In this document: piece by piece, positions 61,362 through 64,000 of the stretch
How the letters are laid out: every line of letters begins with the position of its first letter
How positions within the stretch are numbered: the stretch's first letter is position 1
NCBI GenBank assembly: GCA_001724265.1
Contig: MEDY01000184.1
Location: 1 to 64,000 of the forward strand
Length of the DNA stretch: 64,000 nucleotides
Origin: Rhizaria sp. SCN 62-66
Lineage: Eukaryota
Reading direction: 5' to 3'
Translations under genes and position numbers: made by a program
Notes under the pieces: model-generated
Databases searched by the model: none
Seen by the model: the letters and a program-made list of their open reading frames with translations, nothing else
What the model was told of the DNA's origin: nothing

Positions 61362-63503
61362 TCACTTCGCAGCCCCAGCGCTTGCGCCGGCGCCGCCCGC
61401 GGAGCCCGCGCCGAGGCCGAACTTGAACGTCCTGGCCCCGGGCTTGGCGCCGCTGCCCTCGACAGGCGGCGCCGGCTTGACGCCCGTCACGAGCGGCTTG
61501 CCCCCGCCGCCGCTGCTGCTCGAGGGCAGCGGGGAGCCCAGTCCGGTAATGCGCACGCTGCTCGCCGAGCCTGCGCTCGCGGCGGCGGGCTTGACGGGTG
61601 TCGCCGCCGCAGCAGGCTTGTCGCTGTCACCGGCGTCGCCGTCGTCGTCGTTGTCGGAGTCTGAGAGGGGCGCGAGCGTAACGGGCACGACCTCTGTGCC
61701 CAGCTCGACGCCGTCCGCGCCTACATCGGCCTCGACGTCGTCGCTCTGCGGCCACTCGTCGCCGTAGCCGCCGCTGCCGCTGTAGCCCGTGAAGCCGCCC
61801 AGCGCGCGGTCCGCGCCCGCGTCGCCGCGCGCGCGCTCGCGCGACGCCTCGAGCGCCTCACGCTCTGCTGCGCTCGCCGCCGACCGCATGCCGCTACCGC
61901 CCACCCCGCCAGCGCCGCCGCCGCCGGAGGACAGGAGCGTGGCGCTGGAGCGCGTGGTGGTGAGGCGCGAAAGCGTGACGTTGCGTGCGGCCGCCGCGGT
62001 CGCCGCCTCGGCGCCGGCGGCCTCGCGGCCCCGCGCGGCCGACTCGGGCCGGCGCGCGCCCTTGGCGGTCCCCGGCCGCCCCCCCGCGACCGACGCAGCG
62101 CCGCTGGCGCCCGCAGAAGCGGCGGAGGTGGCGGGCTCGGCCGGGAAGGGGTGCGCCTGGCGCGCGGCGGGCAGCTGGTCCAGCACGGCCCGCAGCGCCG
62201 CGGAAAGCGTCGCCGCCGTCAGCGCGCCGTTGGCGGGGCCCAGCTCGAGCAGGAACGCGCTCTCCGGCTCCTCGCTCGCACCCGCACTCGCACTCGCGCT
62301 GGCACCGGCACTGGCGCCAGTCTTGGCGGCCGCAGCAGCGGGGCTGGAGAGGACGGCGAGCGGGTAGCGCGCGCGGCGCTGCAGCGTGGCGAGCGCCTCG
62401 GCGCTGTAGTCGCCCGCGCGCGACACGCCCGCAATCGCGCCGAACAGCTGCGGCGTGCCCGCGCTCGCCGCGGCAGAAGCGGCGGCGGCGAGGCACTGCT
62501 GCGCGGAGCCGCGGAGGACGACGAGGACCTTGTTGGACTGCGGCAGCGCGGGGTGGAAGCGGACCGCGCGCGCGGGCACGCCGGCCGAGCCCAACGCAAC
62601 GGCCGTCTCGCTCAGCAGCGCGCGCAGCGAGGCGGCGCGGCCGGCCAGCGCGCCCGAGTCGCCGCGCGCGCGCCATGCCGCCGCGGCCGCAAGCGCGGGC
62701 GGCAGCGCCTGCGCGGGGGCGGGCGACGTGGCCGTGGCGGCCGCGATGGCGCGCGCGGTGGCGATGAAGTCGGCGTCGCCCAGCAGCAGCGCGCCGCCCA
62801 GCGGGCAGCCCAGCCCGTGCGCGAAGTCCACCACGGCCGAGTCAAAGGGCGCGAGCAGTTGCGCGGGCCCCGCAAAGCCGTAGCGGCCCAGCGCCTCGTG
62901 CGGACCCGTCGTGTCGAGGTGGAGGCGGATGCCGCTGTCAGAGCAGAACCCGCGGATGTCCTCGACGTCTTCCCACGGCACGCACTGCCCGCCCGCGCCC
63001 TGCAGCGGAATCTCGAGCGAAACCACGCCAGGGAGCTTCCAGTTGCTCTTGGCGGCGCCCACGACGTCCTTGTACGACGGGGGCGCGTCGAGGCGTGCGC
63101 CGGTAAAGACCTTGGAGAAGCCTAGCGTGGTGGAGAGCGCGTCGCCGTAGCCGGCCTCCATCAGCGACTGCTTGTGCAGCGCAACGACCTTGAAGCGATC
63201 GCGCGCGTTGACCGTCAGCGCGGTGATGTTGGCGGCCATGGCCGAGGTGAAGAAGAGCGCGCGCTCCTTGCCGCACGCCGTGGCGACCTCTTGCTCGAAC
63301 GATGCGATGAAGGCCGCCGCGTCATCGGTCCACGAGGGCGCGGCGGCGCCGCCGAACACGTTAACCAAAGGGGACGTGTGAAAAGAAGAGAACGAGGACG
63401 GGCAGGATGCCACGAGCGACTGCAGGACGGACTGAACGCTCATGGAAGCCTCAGGCTCGTTTAAAAACACCTGACCAGATCCGTTTGGCATTGCTCTGTG
63501 CAT
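61362..63503 (-). CDS. Low-specificity threonine aldolase-like fold-type I protein with a disordered C-terminal extension (start uncertain: 63503 or 63443)
   Basis: FEQEVATACGKERALFFTSAMAAN, VSLEIP..GAGG, IRLHLD, FDSAVVDFAHGLGCPLGGALLLGDADFIATAR; TGA stop. Confidence 0.78.
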   Translation of the reverse strand: MHRAMPNGSGQVFLNEPEASMSVQSVLQSLVASCPSSFSSFHTSPLVNVFGGAAAPSWTDDAAAFIASFEQEVATACGKERALFFTSAMAANITALTVNARDRFKVVALHKQSLMEAGYGDALSTTLGFSKVFTGARLDAPPSYKDVVGAAKSNWKLPGVVSLEIPLQGAGGQCVPWEDVEDIRGFCSDSGIRLHLDTTGPHEALGRYGFAGPAQLLAPFDSAVVDFAHGLGCPLGGALLLGDADFIATARAIAAATATSPAPAQALPPALAAAAAWRARGDSGALAGRAASLRALLSETAVALGSAGVPARAVRFHPALPQSNKVLVVLRGSAQQCLAAAASAAASAGTPQLFGAIAGVSRAGDYSAEALATLQRRARYPLAVLSSPAAAAAKTGASAGASASASAGASEEPESAFLLELGPANGALTAATLSAALRAVLDQLPAARQAHPFPAEPATSAASAGASGAASVAGGRPGTAKGARRPESAARGREAAGAEAATAAAARNVTLSRLTTTRSSATLLSSGGGGAGGVGGSGMRSAASAAEREALEASRERARGDAGADRALGGFTGYSGSGGYGDEWPQSDDVEADVGADGVELGTEVVPVTLAPLSDSDNDDDGDAGDSDKPAAAATPVKPAAASAGSASSVRITGLGSPLPSSSSGGGGKPLVTGVKPAPPVEGSGAKPGARTFKFGLGAGSAGGAGASAGAAK

Positions 63504-64000
63504 AGTGCGCGACAGACACGTTAAGGTAGAGATACAAAATCAATTTGAAATAGAAAAACAATGAGTTAGTTAGGACATTCTGGCATAGTCGAAAAGACGG
63601 TCGTTTCACGATGTCATTTAAGACTTTCGATGTCGTCAATCGCTCAACGGCAGCCCCAAGATCTTTACCACGAACTGCTGTCATAATCAAAATCTACAGT
63701 TTTCCGACGATAACTCGACATAACCACGTTATTATTCTGAATCTACACCTTAATGCAATAGTACATGTTAATTTTGAGCGTAAATTATTGTTTTTCACTT
63801 GAAATCCTTTTGTTATACTACGAATTTCTCTTTGTAAAGACTATCCGTCATGTCGTCATCGTCTGCACCTAGAGACAACAAGCGAGAGATATCAGTGTCC
63901 TTGCACCCAGAACACGAGTAAAACAACGATATAACATTGTTGATCACACAGGTGATATGTATTGGTTTACGTTTGAGGAGGAGCGCGATAAGGCTGACGA

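Noticed and set aside
1-64000. CRISPR arrays, transposons, rRNA or prokaryotic operons
   Set aside because: The repeats are coding microsatellites without spacers; no transposase, RT, terminal repeats or rRNA motifs were seen, and spliceosomal introns show the DNA is eukaryotic.

Overview
Gene-dense eukaryotic nuclear DNA, probably from a flagellated protist (it carries MKS1 and a CFAP97-domain gene). Exons are GC-rich and full of polyQ/polyA tracts; GT-AG introns are short (~90-280 nt) and, like the intergenic DNA, lower in GC. I model 22 protein-coding genes (one truncated by the left edge): XRN2, a NDUFAF7/MidA-like methyltransferase, MKS1, NOT1, RBX1, a BIN4-like protein, two ankyrin proteins, importin alpha, a CFAP97-domain protein, an aldo-keto reductase, a TPR-like protein, RPAP3, PGM2, a rhomboid, PSF1, SEC61 gamma, a threonine-aldolase-like protein and several unknowns, plus one atypical tRNA-Ser(UGA). 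Main result: the sequence points to a variant nuclear genetic code in which UAG encodes glutamine while UAA and UGA remain stops. Six in-frame TAG codons interrupt three otherwise continuous genes, mostly in Gln-favouring contexts, and all 21 modelled gene ends use TAA (11) or TGA (10). Secondary signals: a GTACG-dominated 5' splice site, GGTC/GACC repeats in head-to-head promoters, a probable aldolase pseudoenzyme, and a frame break at a CAG tract. All protein identities come from motif recognition by eye; no database search was run.
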